This document shows positions 49,450-62,532 of a stretch of 64,000 bases of DNA, piece after piece. A program made the translations under genes and the position numbers. Source of the DNA: Moniliella sp. 'wahieum' (Eukaryota); NCBI GenBank assembly GCA_003971905.1, contig RSEE01000067.1, forward strand, positions 186,001 through 250,000. The letters are read 5' to 3'. Numbering within the stretch: the first letter of the stretch is position 1; every line of letters starts with the position of its first letter. The notes below the pieces were generated by a model that was given only the letters and a program-made list of their open reading frames with translations, was not told where the DNA came from and ran no database searches.

Positions 49450-51500
49450 AATGATGAAAACGTTTCCAGAGAGTGTGTGTGAGGCAACGGAAAGGCGTTA
49501 CAGCATCTCAGCTGATTGCACCCGACCCGCACCCTGCTCCCTTCGGTCCCAGGAGGGGCCCCAGTTGAACTGCAGAAGCAAGTTTCTCTGTTCCGGAAGC
49601 GGGAGTGGCTCCCCCTCTTCCACCTCCTTGCGGGAAGGCGTGTCAAACGTAGTGACCAAAAGCGACGCGCGACAGGCCGTGTAGGGCAACAAGCGGACCT
49701 GGTACATGGTTAACGCAACTCCTGCCAACAGAGGTGGGTCCCCGGTACGGTCCGTCTCCAAGTCTGGTGCAATAGGGGGAAGCATAGTGCCCTTCTCCTT
49801 CCCTTGCTCGTCTTCCAGACGCACAGGGCCAATTGGTAGGCAACTGGCCCGCAACTCTGCAGGCGAGCGCGCATGCTTCCAATCGAGAATGATGGGACAC
49901 AAGTACCTGCTTCGAAACCAAGGTGGTACGAGCTGCGGGAGCGGTTGGCTGGTTTGCGCTGGTACCTCTTCCCGTCGTACCTCCACCGAGGTAACAATAC
50001 TGGCAACCAGGCCCGGCCTTGACATACGCACCACTTACTGTCCAAGTTGAGTGTGCTGTCCATCCCGGGTACCAGGCGAACCGACGCGAGCCAAGCAGGA
50101 CCACGGTGCACGTGTCCGGTAAACGCATGAAGGTAATTTTTCAACACCCAGACGTGCGGCTCTTTCTTTTGGCCTCTCCACCAGCGGTCTCCAACAGAAG
50201 CGTCTCACTGGACGGATCGAGGTAGAAGGAAAGGAGCTGATGTGAGGCGAGGTCGCAAAACGTCTGGACAAGTGCAGGTTGCTCGCCCGGATGGGAGAGG
50301 GTAAGGTCCCACCCAGACGAGGGAGGAATTGGGCCCTTCCCCCGTCCATCCATCATCTCGCTAAAAGACCAACAAGGTTCCCCGTTCCGGTCCAGGGCTA
50401 CCACGTCCCGCTGCCCGGCATGATCAGTACAAACTTGTCGTCAAACCGAATTGGAACGGGGACGTTTTCCAGGAACAAAATCTCTCGGGTGCCTGGACAA
50501 TAGGTCTCAGTATTGTGCTTGCTAGGCAAATAATTGGTACGTACCAACCAAGGGGGCGACGGACGTCGTACTGGAGTCCCATCTTAGCTCTAGGTCAACG
50601 TGGCCCGTAGTGAGATTGTGCCCTACTAGGAGAGCACGATCTGGATCCCTGTGCGACTGGGTTAGTGTTCCCCCCACGGAAAGTAAGACGGTTACGTACA
50701 TGAAGAAGAGCCATGGGTAGTGGAGCTGAGCCGGTGGGGACTCAAGGGAGATGGTATTGGCCAACGGGACATCGCGCACCCATTCAAACCCAAGGCAGGA
50801 CTCCACTTGGCCAGGGTGAAACGTAGATTTGTGTACGGAAGCCCACACGCGTTTTGTGTACCCAGTAGAGATTTCCCTTGGAAGAAGAGGCGCGTTAGCT
50901 ACTCCATACCATACCTGCATTGAAGATTGATCCCCCGGAGGACGGAAGACGTACAGCACCATTCGATTGCCAACCAATCACCACTCAGCACAGCGCCACA
51001 GGCGGTCACTTGACCTGGACCGGGCTGGTGGAAGGACTGTAGGACCACATGGGAAATTCAGTTCGTGCGTCAATCAAGTGCACCGTGGGCATTTGGGACG
51101 AATGGGAAGGGTGTTGGGCACCAGAAAAGCTTCTTGCTCTGGAACCATGAGCCACGTCCGATCCCACCCTTTGCTGGTCAGGACGCGGACTTGAGGAACA
51201 GTGCGCGCCAAAGGAGCGCCCTTCTCAGAGCAGAAAGTAGACGGTCTCCAACGAAGGTGTATCCGAACGGTCGCTCAAGTTGCAGCATGGTTGATCAGCT
51301 GGAACCAAGATGCCGGGGGCCGTTCCAGGCCGGCCGCTTTGGCTGCTTGGTCTAGGGTGTGTGGAAAGAAGGAAGATGGAGGATTCGAACGGCTAATGCG
51401 TGCCAGAATATTCCTCCCTTAGTAGTGCATTCCATTCTGTCATTCAGGGTCAGAGCTCTCCTTCCACAGGAAAGCACGAAAACGCAAGGGACGCACCTCG
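49450..51500 (-). CDS. Hypothetical protein, possibly with an F-box-like N-terminus (fragmented; limits approximate)
   Basis: Long protein-like ORFs 50522-50977 and 49498-50034; EWNALLREE..FWHALAVRIL near 51430. Confidence 0.3.
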
Positions 51501-52164
51501 GCACGTTGCAGCGAGACGAAGCAGATCGAGCGGGCTTAGCACACCCGACGTGGCTATCTGCAGCGCCACCTCAACCGGGAGGTGGGCCAAAAGCCCAGGG
51601 AAGTTGGGGTTGGGGCGTAGGACAGGGCTTCTATCGTAGTTGTTGGAGCATCAAGTGGCGGCGGGGGCTGGGAGACAGTGATGGTGATGGTGAAGGATGG
51701 AAGGCAAGAAGGCAGTTTACTCACAGTATAGGTATGCACGGATACGAATCCAGTTCAAACCGCTTAACCAACGCGTCCAACGCCTCGATCGACAAAATAC
51801 AGGTGATATCAGCTCAGCACTCGCGACTCACAACCCACATGTCACAGTTGTATAGTGCCGCCGCGCGTTGAGTTCGGCTTTCCCAGCACCGTTGTCGTCT
51901 CAGCCTCAGGAAAGTATACTTTGTCGAGCCTAGCGCCTCGCGCTTAGCCTCCGCTGCGGCACTCAGTCGGGGCGCCAGACGGGAGGTAATTAAACCCTGC
52001 CCAGCTGTGAGGCATGGCGGTGGCGCAGCTGGGCGTAAGCTGGCTCACGGGGAGCGCGGGAAACAAGTGGCCCGAGGCGGACGACAGGTGGTGGGTGGCA
52101 CTTGACGCACTTTTTGTTGCTGCGCGGCTTTGGCGGCTGCGGGCTGTTCAAATTAAACCGAAAC

Positions 52165-52325
52165 CGGACTGAGTACTGACGGTACTGACGTACTGACGCG
52201 GTAATCTAATCGATGATCTCGATCCTTGCTGCAATTTGAACGCTGAAATCAGCGCTGAGGCGCTCAGCTGAAGCTATAATTGAAATCTGCAGCTACCCAC
52301 TAGCCACTTTAAGCTTTAAGCTTTA
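52165..52325. repeat. TNA-[4-bp palindrome]-TNA array cluster
   Basis: TGA GTAC TGA; TAA TCGA TGA; TCA GCGC TGA; CT TTA AGCT TTA AGCT TTA (52307-52325). Confidence 0.85.
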
Positions 52326-52799
52326 CTCCACACTGCCGGACTTTGAAATTTGAGCGGGCAAACGGGGCGCGCAAGCAATCAATTTTGAATGTTTGGCATG
52401 CCAGCCGTGCCCACCGGAACCCGCCGTGCCCACCGGACCCCACCGGAGCACCTTTCTATGTGAGCAGAGTGGGATAGGTACAGTTGCCAGAGTGCGACTT
52501 GGGAGCACTCGCGAACCTATGGATCAGCTGCAAAGCAGCCTTCAGATCTCAGACAAGGCGTGAAGGCATAGTGGTGAAGTGGTGAGCCACAAGTCTTCAA
52601 GCAACGTCTGAAGGGAAGGAGAAAGGAGAGAAGGGAGATGTGGTGGAGCGCGGAGCAGGGCGTGAGCGGCCTGCGAGCGGAACGCTTCCGCTCGCCTAGG
52701 CGAGCGTCACCGATCCATTGAGGGCCCGCGCAGGAGAACCCTAGCAGTACCCTCTAACAACAGTCGGGTTAGGGCGAAGACAATTGGGCTAAGCTGGGG

Positions 52800-53500
52800 A
52801 TTTTGGGGTGGACCGGGAGAGAGGGTGTTCTTGTTGCGAGAGCACAGTGCGGCATGTTGTGTATCATAGTCACGGCAACTTGCATTCGACACCACATGAG
52901 CTTATTACGAGCTGGCTATGAAGGAAGAGGACGATACCCCGTCTGGAAGGAAGCCTGGGCGGACAGACGACAGGATTATAAAACCAGGAGCCTTCCGAGG
53001 TTACTAGCAATGTGCAGAGGTGGACCGTACGTTAAAAAAAGAGGCAATAGATTCGGGCACAGAGTAGGTAATATGAGGATTGCGCGCCGGAAGGTGGCAC
53101 ACACGTAGTAACCGCAAAGCGAGTAGAATGCTGCTAGAAGGGGCGGCTTCGACGGTTGGAGGAAGGTACTAATGCCGAGAAAGTATACCAGAGACGCCCT
53201 CAAGAGCCGTTCTTCCGCTGGCCATAAAGGACGCGGGGGTATCATGCCCCCAAAAGGGTCAACAAGGCATTTAAGCACGGAAAAGCCTTGAGGACCTTCA
53301 TTGGAGATAGCTCATCGCTCGCCTGTCGACACTAATGGCATACACGATTTGGGGAAGGACATATTAGCGGAGCCAGAGGGCCCTGACCTCTCTGCTCTGG
53401 ATTCTCTTGAGGTCCTCAAATTGGGTCGATTCACAAGACATAGGAGAGAGCCAGTCTGATATAGAGATGCAGCATTATGTGTCCCTGCCTTCATATGCTT
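52800..53500 (-). mobile_element. Possible decayed non-LTR reverse transcriptase relic
   Basis: LLAAFYSL..RRAILILPTLCPNLLPLFLTYGPP followed by SSVR(P/Q)G resembles the non-LTR RT NAFNS..P.L...YG.P..GVRQG region. Confidence 0.35.
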
Positions 53501-54070
53501 CTGAATGATATGAATGCAACCGTAATAGGATGCACGACAATTGAAATTAGGGATATCAGGGGCCCTCTCCGAGCTTTTTACTTTGGGACTATAGCTCATG
53601 GAAGGGAAAAATGAGCTTATTGACGGGTAAAATGACGGAATGAGATGTTCCGAAAAGGGCTACACGATAACGTGTTACACAAAATCCACTATTATATTGT
53701 CTGTGTTTCTCTCGCCACAATGCTGCCACACAAGTATAGAAAGAGTGTAAAAGTGTACGTGCGCACGCATAGGCGCACTGATGACTTTTTAGAGGAAAAC
53801 CATGACCACCACAGGCGGACGGTAGTATACAGGAGGGAGAGAGGCAGCGCGGAGCATTGCCTTCAAAAAAGGAAGCCAAAATGACGGGAGTCACCAAGAA
53901 GAGAACCCAAAAGCAAAAGGCTGTAGGCGTCAAACACCATACCAGCTCTCAGCCACATCAAGAGCTCATCCTCCTGAGTGGGAAGAAGAAGTAAAAAGCA
54001 AGGAAAGAATGGAAGTGAGTGATGGGAGGCACCATTCAACTGAAGGAGGACATGCACTGCAGGCAGCCGC

Positions 54071-54627
54071 TTAGTTGAACGAGACGATGTGCACACCGTA
54101 GATCTCCCTGGTCCAGAGGGGCAAGAGCAGAGAGACGGCCTTGGTCGCGTCAATGTGCTGCAGAAGATGAAAGAGAGAGGTCAGAATGTGTGTCTTCCCA
54201 AAAAGCAATAGAGAAAATTGATACTCACGTGAGCGTCGCACCCGCGCGCACTGGTCAACGACGGTGGCGGCAACCATCTTGCCGTTGCTGCAGAGAAAAA
54301 AGAGGGTAAGTATCATGTTCGGAAATGCTGTTGGACCAGCAGTCAGGATATTGGTCGGACGGAAATACGTACGGTGCAGGTGAACCGTGGACCCGCAAGG
54401 GTAGGGAGAGTCGGCCGCAACGGCGACGACCATGTCCCAGTCGTTAGGGGTAGGGCCACCGCAGGCGGGAGCGTCAAGCGACGAGCCGGCGTACAAGTCA
54501 GCATTACCATCGAGGTAGTCCTGGTACCCGCGCTTGCGGGGGCCTCAGCCTCCATCTTGGGGATGGCAGCGGCCGAAGCGACGGCGGCGGCAGCGGCAAT
54601 GGTGGCAAAGATAGTCGAGAACTGCAT
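54071..54627 (-). CDS. Small secreted RlpA-like/expansin-like (DPBB) protein; two introns
   Basis: Signal MQFSTIFATIAAAAAVASA, Kex2 KR, PACG..DMVVAV..CGSTV..NGKMVAATVVDQC..HIDATKA. Confidence 0.8.
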
Positions 54628-55259
54628 GGTAAAGAAGAAAGCAGAAGCGAAGAAGCTTGAAGAGGCGAAGAGAAGCTGTGTGGTGAGGAAATAGGAATGG
54701 TATTCAAAACGAGAGGGGTTATATACCGTTTTCGTCGAGCTCTCGTTGAACAAAGAAGGAAGGTGCACCCCCCCCACCCCCAATACAGAAGAAGAGCTAT
54801 CCACTAGTGTGTTTCCCGCCGGTATGGCTTGTTCTGCTTGACGCAGGTGTAGCGGTCCCAGCGAAATCGAGTTGTTGTATGGTTAGTATAGCCAACAGCC
54901 AAAATTTACACTCCCCCCCCTCCTCTCCCCCCCCCTCCCCCCCTCTCGCTTCAAATGAGGGGGGGAAGGGGGGGGGTGGACCCTATGAAAATCACTGGAT
55001 TTGTGACCGCGGCACCAGGGGAGAGGCACGGAGATATATAACGCCAAGATCTGCGAATTGGGGCGTCCGGCTCCCACCGGCCACACCCAGGCACATCAAA
55101 TAGAGCTGCAATCGTCTCCCCCCCGATGCGGCAAGTATACAGACGGCAGATGGCATCGCACGGCTTCTGTGTTTCCAGGAACTATGACCCCCCCCCTCAT
55201 TTCGCATGGATGGCAACAAGGCGGCTACTAAACCATCACACTCATCGAAGGCGTTGACC

Positions 55260-57385
55260 TCGTTGAGCGCTCAGGCGTCAACTTGAACGTTCAGACGTTT
55301 GAACACTGGCCCAGTTCGCGAGATGATCGATGATCTGGCAGCCACGGCGTGCTCGTATGTTTGGTTTTCGGTTGGCTATTCAGGTTATTCCGGTTACCGG
55401 TTATTGGGGTTCTCCCTATGTTCTTCCTGGCTCTCCCCTTGCCGAGCCTCAGGCCTCAGGAACAGCCATCTGCGGCAGGGGGACACGTGCCGGATAGGTA
55501 TTGTGGCTTTCCCTGCCTTTCCACATGTGGATAGGAACGGATACTAACCGAGTGTCCCCTTTTCTATGCCGAACACACCACGAGACACCCTGAGATGTGG
55601 CACCCTGACACACCTCGCGTTCCCTGCAACGGGTGCAGTGCCTGCCAAGTAGCTGTTTTATGCATGTCACACACGAGGGTGCCTCATGTGGTGCATGATG
55701 CACGATGCATGATCCTGATACACACGTGGCAGGAACTGGAAGTTGCATTGGGTAATCCACGGTTAGGTAACCGGTTGTGCAGTCATGCATCAGGTATCAG
55801 GCGCTACGCCAGCCAAGAATCCTCATCGACCATCGACCATCCACGTGCGTTTCCAACCATGTCGACCTTGCCTGGGTGGATATCGCCACCCCCCCAATTT
55901 CTCCCTCGTGTCGGCATATATAGGCCCCTTCGATGGTGAGTGTGTCGGCGTAGAAGACCAAGAGCACGCAGTTGATGCTGTATTGCATTGCACATGAGCT
56001 ACAGAGGCCAGAGAAGATTTCTGCCCTCCAGGAAGGAATATTGGAAGGAAAATGACCCGGCTTGCTACCGGCGCCACTACACCAGTGTAGGCCACAGCTG
56101 GACAAAACTGTGGCGCGATGGCGGCAACCGCCGAGTTCAGCGTTAGGTGACCGACCGGTCGCCGTTGATGCTGATGCTGATCGATGGTCGATGGTCGATG
56201 GTCGATGAAAAGGTGTGCACAACACTTCTTTCCGCATCACATACTTCAGCGAACGAGCGATGAGGTGACGAAGGTGTCGACCACCGAATTCATTGCAGGC
56301 CTATAACACACACATTCAGCCGAAGACGTTCTAAACGTTGAGAATGTTTGCTGGGCATACTGAACTGCCGTGTACAACTACAATTCGGGGTTGCCCTGCT
56401 GATAAGATCGTTCATTTCGACGGCGTCGGGGACATGGTTGTGAAAAGGGATTGTTTGTTTGTGTGGGCTCGTGAAATTGAGATACAGATGTTGTTGAGGC
56501 ACAAATGTCGACGCCTGCTGAACATGTGGAACAGGTTGAACGTTGCATGTGATAATGGCACTGACGTTGATGTTCACGCGCTCATCACGTTGACCACGTT
56601 GACTGTCGTTGACCACGCCGTACACACGCGTATCCCCTTCAATGTTTTTGTTACCTCACATCACATGGCGCTTGTGGCTCACAATGCTCACGCAGGCTTA
56701 CGCTCACAACCCATTTTTGCCGAACAACTGAGTATATCGTCGCTCGCCGAGTCTCCTCCTTTGCGGCTGGTTGCAACAAGTTAATGACTTTTACACACGG
56801 AGCTAACTCGGTCCGCACCCCCCCGGTTGCGGATTTGCCGAGGGAAGGGGGCTTAGTACAGAGGAAGCGGGTGGCCATATGGCAGAAGATGGTGGCTCTA
56901 TGCCATCTGGTCGTATCGATCCCAAGGCCTGATGCGACGCGACAGCCTCCCCTGAACGTTGAACATCAGACCTTGCATCTCAGGCTGAGAATCGTAGTCG
57001 GCCTCTCCCTGGTTTTTTCGCCACATTTCAAAATGAGCAGGTGCCAGCAGGTGCATCACACGTGCCACATGTCAGCACTGTCAGCAGGCTGTACGAAGTC
57101 CCCTGGTTCGGATGCGTTGCAATTGAAAGTTTGCATATGTCGGCGTTTCCAAGGGCAGCAAAGGATCATAGCACAGGGTTATATGCAGACGGCGTTACTA
57201 TAGACACGAAGAGGCCACCCCCCCCCCTGTGTCGAAGTGGGTCTCGTTGTAAGGAGGCCATGGTGCCACCAGCACAAGAATTATGGACGCTCTTCCCACT
57301 GGTATTCAGCTGGATATAGCTGGGGTGGCTGTGAGGCCGAGGATGAAGAGTGTGTAGGCCATTGATGAGACATAACGCGTAACGC
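55260..57385. repeat. TNA-[4-bp palindrome]-TNA array cluster
   Basis: 55264, 55284, 55324, 55394, 55449, 55692, 56178-56208, 56953, 57373. Confidence 0.8.
55945..56120 (+). repeat. Diverged dispersed repeat, partner of 44080-44240
   Basis: See 44080; shared blocks in the same order. Confidence 0.6.
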
Positions 57386-59707
57386 CGAGAGAAGAGAGAG
57401 GCAAAGCTCAAAACACATATCGTCAGCCTCCCTCTGCGCCCGACTCGCTTTCAAAAAAGCTGAACGGCTGAGAATGATTGATCCTTGTGAAACTGAGAGC
57501 TCTGAGCCTTGATTGATAATCAAATTCCAAGCCAAGGGAAGGTCGCCACAAGCGGCTGAGTGTGGGCTGTCCTGGCGAAAAGAAGCGGGAAACCTGCCAC
57601 GTCTACTTCCATCGCCGGCATCACCCAGTGGAGTATCTCGACTCAAGGTCTGAGCAATGGGTTTCCGATTGCCCCCCCCCTATTTCCCATCAATTTCTAT
57701 CCCCTACATGCCCACACGCGGTTGACAACAGACGTTTGAACCCCCCCCCCCCCCCCCCCCCCCCCGCCGCCGCGAACACCCCCCCATTTGATATAGTGCC
57801 ATGCACCCCCTTCTTGTTAGCCTGAAATGTGTGCCTTTTGTTTCAATCAACACATTCAGCCATAGAGGCATGCCCAGCCTGAAGATGGCTTAGGTACCCT
57901 CAGGCTTCAGGACGAAACCACCCACGTGCATAGTATGTTGAGTGGTTGTCGCCTTCCAGCTGACTGCGAGGCTTCCGGTCACTTTTGTTTTGTCGGTTTT
58001 TCAACAAATGTCTCTTCCCCCTTATATACCCCCCTTTCCATAGGGCCGGAGATGTGTAAAGCAAAGAGAACGCGGTGTAGTATCCTGGACTTTTTTGCAA
58101 TGAGTTCACTGGCCGAGCTTTTCCAGTGCCTCTGATCAATTTGCAAGGGATTGAGAGTGTGCCAATATCTCCTTGTTAATGCGTCACTACTATGCACATC
58201 GTCCATTCAAGTTGCATGTTTCTGGCATTTCCCGTAGACTATGCCATGCCCCGCTGTACATCTGGCCTTTTAGTTCTTTTACTGCACGCAATTTCATTGC
58301 GATGTTATTGCTCGTTGCGTTAAGGACGTTCATTGGTTTCGGGTTTCTTTTCTTGTTTTGATACCATAACCGTGGTGAGAATCCCAGGCGTGCTCAAAGC
58401 CTGGAAGCGTCCTTACCATGTCCACCGCTTCTGTTTCAACCGTCTCTTGGATTGTATCCCCCTTTCGGTTCCATCACCCAGCCTTCCATGACGTCTTATT
58501 GGCTTATCCAACCACCTTGGCTTATCCACGCTCAGCTCATTTTCTCACCATGTTGTATCTATGCTTTTCCTCTTTTCTTCACTTTCTTCTCTCGACAGAC
58601 CTTATACACAATCCGTCTCATTATTTGTAACGCTGTGGCCGGAATGATGGGGCATCGCTTCATCTCCCACCAGTAAGCCGGCCATCTGACGTTTACTGCA
58701 GGAAGCCCAATCCCACCCAAGTCGGAGGCCAATGCCAATGACCAACGTGAAGTTATCTTCCTTCCTGACAGAAAAGTATTGTTATAATGTTACACTAGCA
58801 CTCTCTTCCTCCGGCACAACCCATATGTGCGATGACATGGTGGGCTATGCGCAGGAGATCCTGGTTTTCTCGCGGTTGGCGGTGGGGCTGTTACCGAGCT
58901 TGAATGGCACTATCATTGTGCTTTTTCTGAGTCTTTGATGCGAGGTCACCGCTGTGCTCGATACACGGCTTCCTGAAAAAAGGGAATTGTCCGGACGATG
59001 ACGGCTGCTCTTCCCTATACTTAACCCCCAAACAAACACAGCTCCCGTTTTGTCGCCTCGAGTATGTTAGACTATACATCCTCGCTGCTTTGAAGGTGGC
59101 CCACACCTGCTGCTGTTTGTACGTGACCTTCTTGGTGCTTTTCTATACAGGCGAGTGCGGCATAGCCGATCGGCTGTTGTGTTCACACTGTTAATACATC
59201 CTAGGCGGACTCCTTGTCCCGTGGGTGTGCTGTCACCGAATGACTAAGCTCGCTCCAATTTCCAATTCCGCATCCTGTGTCTCTCGCTCTTTCCCTTCCC
59301 TTTTGCTTCTGTTCTCTGCCTGATGCCTTCTGTTTCCCCCCCACGAACGATCTTGCCTTTCCCCCCGCCTCTGACAGGACCTTGGTCTCCCTCGTTTAGC
59401 CCCGACTGTTACATGTGCCACCGGCAGAGCGGCGGATGAGAACGACGGCCACATCCCGCATTAACCCTAGGTGGCCATTGGATAGGGTTGGAGAGCACGG
59501 CGCCTGTGCGCGCTTCTGGCAGGTTGCGTTCGCCGCGTCGACAGCGCACTGCCCCCGCGCGTTCACATGACGCCATGGGGCACTGGCCCCGTGCTAGCAC
59601 CTTCCCGTGTGAGCACGTGGCCGCCGACACATTCAGGGTCGCTTCCGCTTCGAAGCTGCCCGCCGTCTACTCCCACCACCACCACTACCACCACCTCCGC
59701 TCTCACC

Positions 59708-61133
59708 ATGGACTCGGCCCTGCAGGCTGCCATCAAGAACGGGCGCACCCTCAAGAAGACCCAGACCAACGACCGCTCGGGCCCCAACACTGGCGGCGGT
59801 GGCGTCGTCTCAAGTGGAGGCGGCGGCGGCGGCGGACGTCCTGCGCTGGGCAAGCCCCCACGCCCCCCTGGCGGTGGCGCCCCGCCTGTCCCGGGCGCTG
59901 CGGCTGCGGCCAGGCCCATGGCATCCGTCGCTGAGGACGATGCTCCTGCCCCCCAGCCGCTTGCGGGTCTCTTGCCGCCGGCGGCCCAAGCTCCGTGCCA
60001 CGGGCCGCCCCGGTGCGTCCACCATGATTGCTCACCGCGATGAAGGTTCGTCCCTCTCCGGCCCGCGCGCCCCCGAAGCCCTTTGGGCTGCCCCCAAGCC
60101 CCGGGAGCTCCCAAGCCGCCTTTTGGTCGTCCTGCCCCCCTGCAGCCCGTCAGCTCCGCCACCCCCGCCGCGCGCCTGCCCCTCCCGCACCCCCGGCCCG
60201 GCCCGCGCCCGCCGATTCCCGGCCGCGCTCCTCCTGCCCCAGGAAGAGCTCCTCCTCCTCCGGCTCCAACGCCTCCTCACCGTCTCCGGTTGCCCCTCCG
60301 CGGCCTTCGGCACTGAATCGCCCTCCGCCTCCAAAGCCAGCAGGCAAGCCATCGGCCCCGCCTCCGCCGCCCCCCGTTCGGCCAGGTGCACGCTCGGGCT
60401 CACCCGCTGTGCCTCCGGCGCCACCTCGCCCCTCCTCCACCCCGGTACGACCAGGTGTTCCTGCGCGCCCTCCTGCACCTCCTGGACGGTCAAGCCCTGC
60501 GGCTCCTCCCCCTCCCCCTCCTCCTCCTGGACGCGCAAGCCCCGCCGCTCCTCCTCCTCCAGCGGCTCCTGCCCCGCCCCCTCCGCCGGCGGCCCCTCGT
60601 CGTCCCCCCCCCGGCGAACACGGCTCCTCCTCCACCGATGATGCGCACGACACCGGCACCTCCTTCGCGTATGGCACCGCACGGGCACCCGCCTCGCCCG
60701 CGCACCGCCTCCTCCCTCCTCCTCCTTCGGGCTCGGCGCGCCCACACCCTCCTCCGCTGCTCGCAAGCGTCTTGACCAACAACGCTTCATCGCGCCGAGT
60801 CGCATCTGATTCGTCGCCTTCTCCACTTCGACCCGCGCCCGCCTACTCGCACTGCAGCCAGTGTACGCTCTACGCCGTCGCGGGCCAGCCCCGACGGCCC
60901 TCGCGCCTCTAGCCCGTCGCTCCCCCCCCAACCCACGTGCACTCGTCTACCAATTCGTCTACCAACTCGCACGCTCATGCGCCCGAGCCACGGCCCATTC
61001 GGGCAACTGGACCTTCCACCTTCGTTCAGACTTCCCCCCGCCGCGCGCACGTTTGATCGTGGCGTGGCCAGTCGACACATCTACCCCTCTGGCGCAACCC
61101 AGGGCGCAGTCACTCGCTTCTTTCGCTCGTTGA
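59708..61133 (+). CDS. VRP1: Verprolin/WIP actin regulator (frameshifted)
   Basis: N-terminal WH2 ALQAAIKNGRTLKKTQTNDRSGP, poly-Pro body, C-terminal WTFH..DFPPPR..IYPSG WASP-binding motif. Confidence 0.85.
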
Positions 61134-61284
61134 GGTCCGAGCACGTCATGGCTAGAGTACAACTTGACGCTTTTCTCCCACAGCCATTCGGTTTCGTTTA
61201 CAATCATTTGTTTGTGGCTCTCCTCCCCCTGTGTCTAGTCTGTATAGCCAGCCACCCCCTTTTGCCAGTTGGACGCTTCCATGA

Positions 61285-62286
61285 TTAATGGGGTGCGGTA
61301 GCAAGTTCAGGGAGAAGGGTCAGTGCGGTACTTGCGGACAATGGCGTCGACGCCCAATTTGCGCCAGACAGGCAACGCAAGGGAAGCCAAAGTGCCTTGG
61401 CTGGATCGGCTACATTGTTGTTGCCCGGCTGAATGCGGCGGCGGCGAGCGCGCGGAACAAGTCGGTTTGCAATCGGACGTGATGAAAAGTGGCCGGCGCG
61501 CAACCCTTGCAACAGGCGCGCGGCGCACACTGCTGGTGTCAAGGGCGAATCCGCCTGCTCAATCTCCCGCAGCACAGCGGGCTTGGTCTTCTCCTCCTGC
61601 TCAAACCCGGGACTGAGAATGGTGGCTGGAAAGTAGCAGTGGACGGAAATGTCATACAGCAGGAACTCACTCCGTAACGTCTCTGCCAAGCCTGGGGCTC
61701 CCTCCCGCACGTCAGCGTCAGCGTCAGCGTCAGAAGGAAGAAGGAAGAAAGACGCAGGAACGGTACGCACCCCGTACCGCAGCTTTCATCGGCTGGTACT
61801 GCGCGTAGCCTACCAGACCACAAAATGCGACCATCGAGGAAACCAGGACGATGGTGCCGTGGACCTGCTCCTGGCGCATCCGGATCGCGCTGGCATGCAC
61901 AGTGGCCAAGGTGGTAAGGTAGTTGGTCTGAATGCCCTGGTGAAAATCAGTAGCGTCCATATCGAGAACAAGCCGGGCTTGGCACCGCCCGCGGCACAGA
62001 TCACTGTATCGGGCGCGCGGGGCAGGGCGGCAACTACGCGCGCAGCCCCCTCGAACGACGATACGTCCCCTACCACCAGTAGTGGCGGCGGGCCCGTAGC
62101 GACGGAGCGGACGTGTTCCCATGCTGCCTCGAGTTGCGCGGGCCGGCGGGCGACGAGGACGACCTGGGCGCCAGCCTGGGCCAGCTGCTCGGCCGTGGCG
62201 AGGCCGAGGCCCTGCGATGCGCCAGTGACAAGCACCAGTTGCGCGGCGGGGGTCCAGCGGCGGCGGCGCCACAGACAGCAAGGCAT
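61285..62286 (-). CDS. TSC10: 3-ketodihydrosphingosine reductase (SDR family)
   Basis: LVTGASQGLG, CAAGGAKPGLF, GYAQYQPMKAAVRG|LAETLRSEFLLYDISVHCYFPATILSPGFEQEEKTKP. Confidence 0.9.
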
Positions 62287-62532
62287 CAGCGAGTCGTCGG
62301 GACGAGGCGGAGCGCGGGCAGCAGCAGCGGGGAGAAGGCTTGTCTGTGCCCGGACGCGTATATGCGGAGCACGGCACGCGCAGGCCCGCCTGGGCAAGCG
62401 CCTGTAGTCTCCTACTCGCTGCCTTCATGCATTACCTATGGGTACCAAGGGCTTAACCTGCCCCTCCTCCCACCCGCCCTAGGGTTGCGTGCGGCGCGCG
62501 CCCCTGCGTTCGATCGCCTTGCTCTCGTGTGT

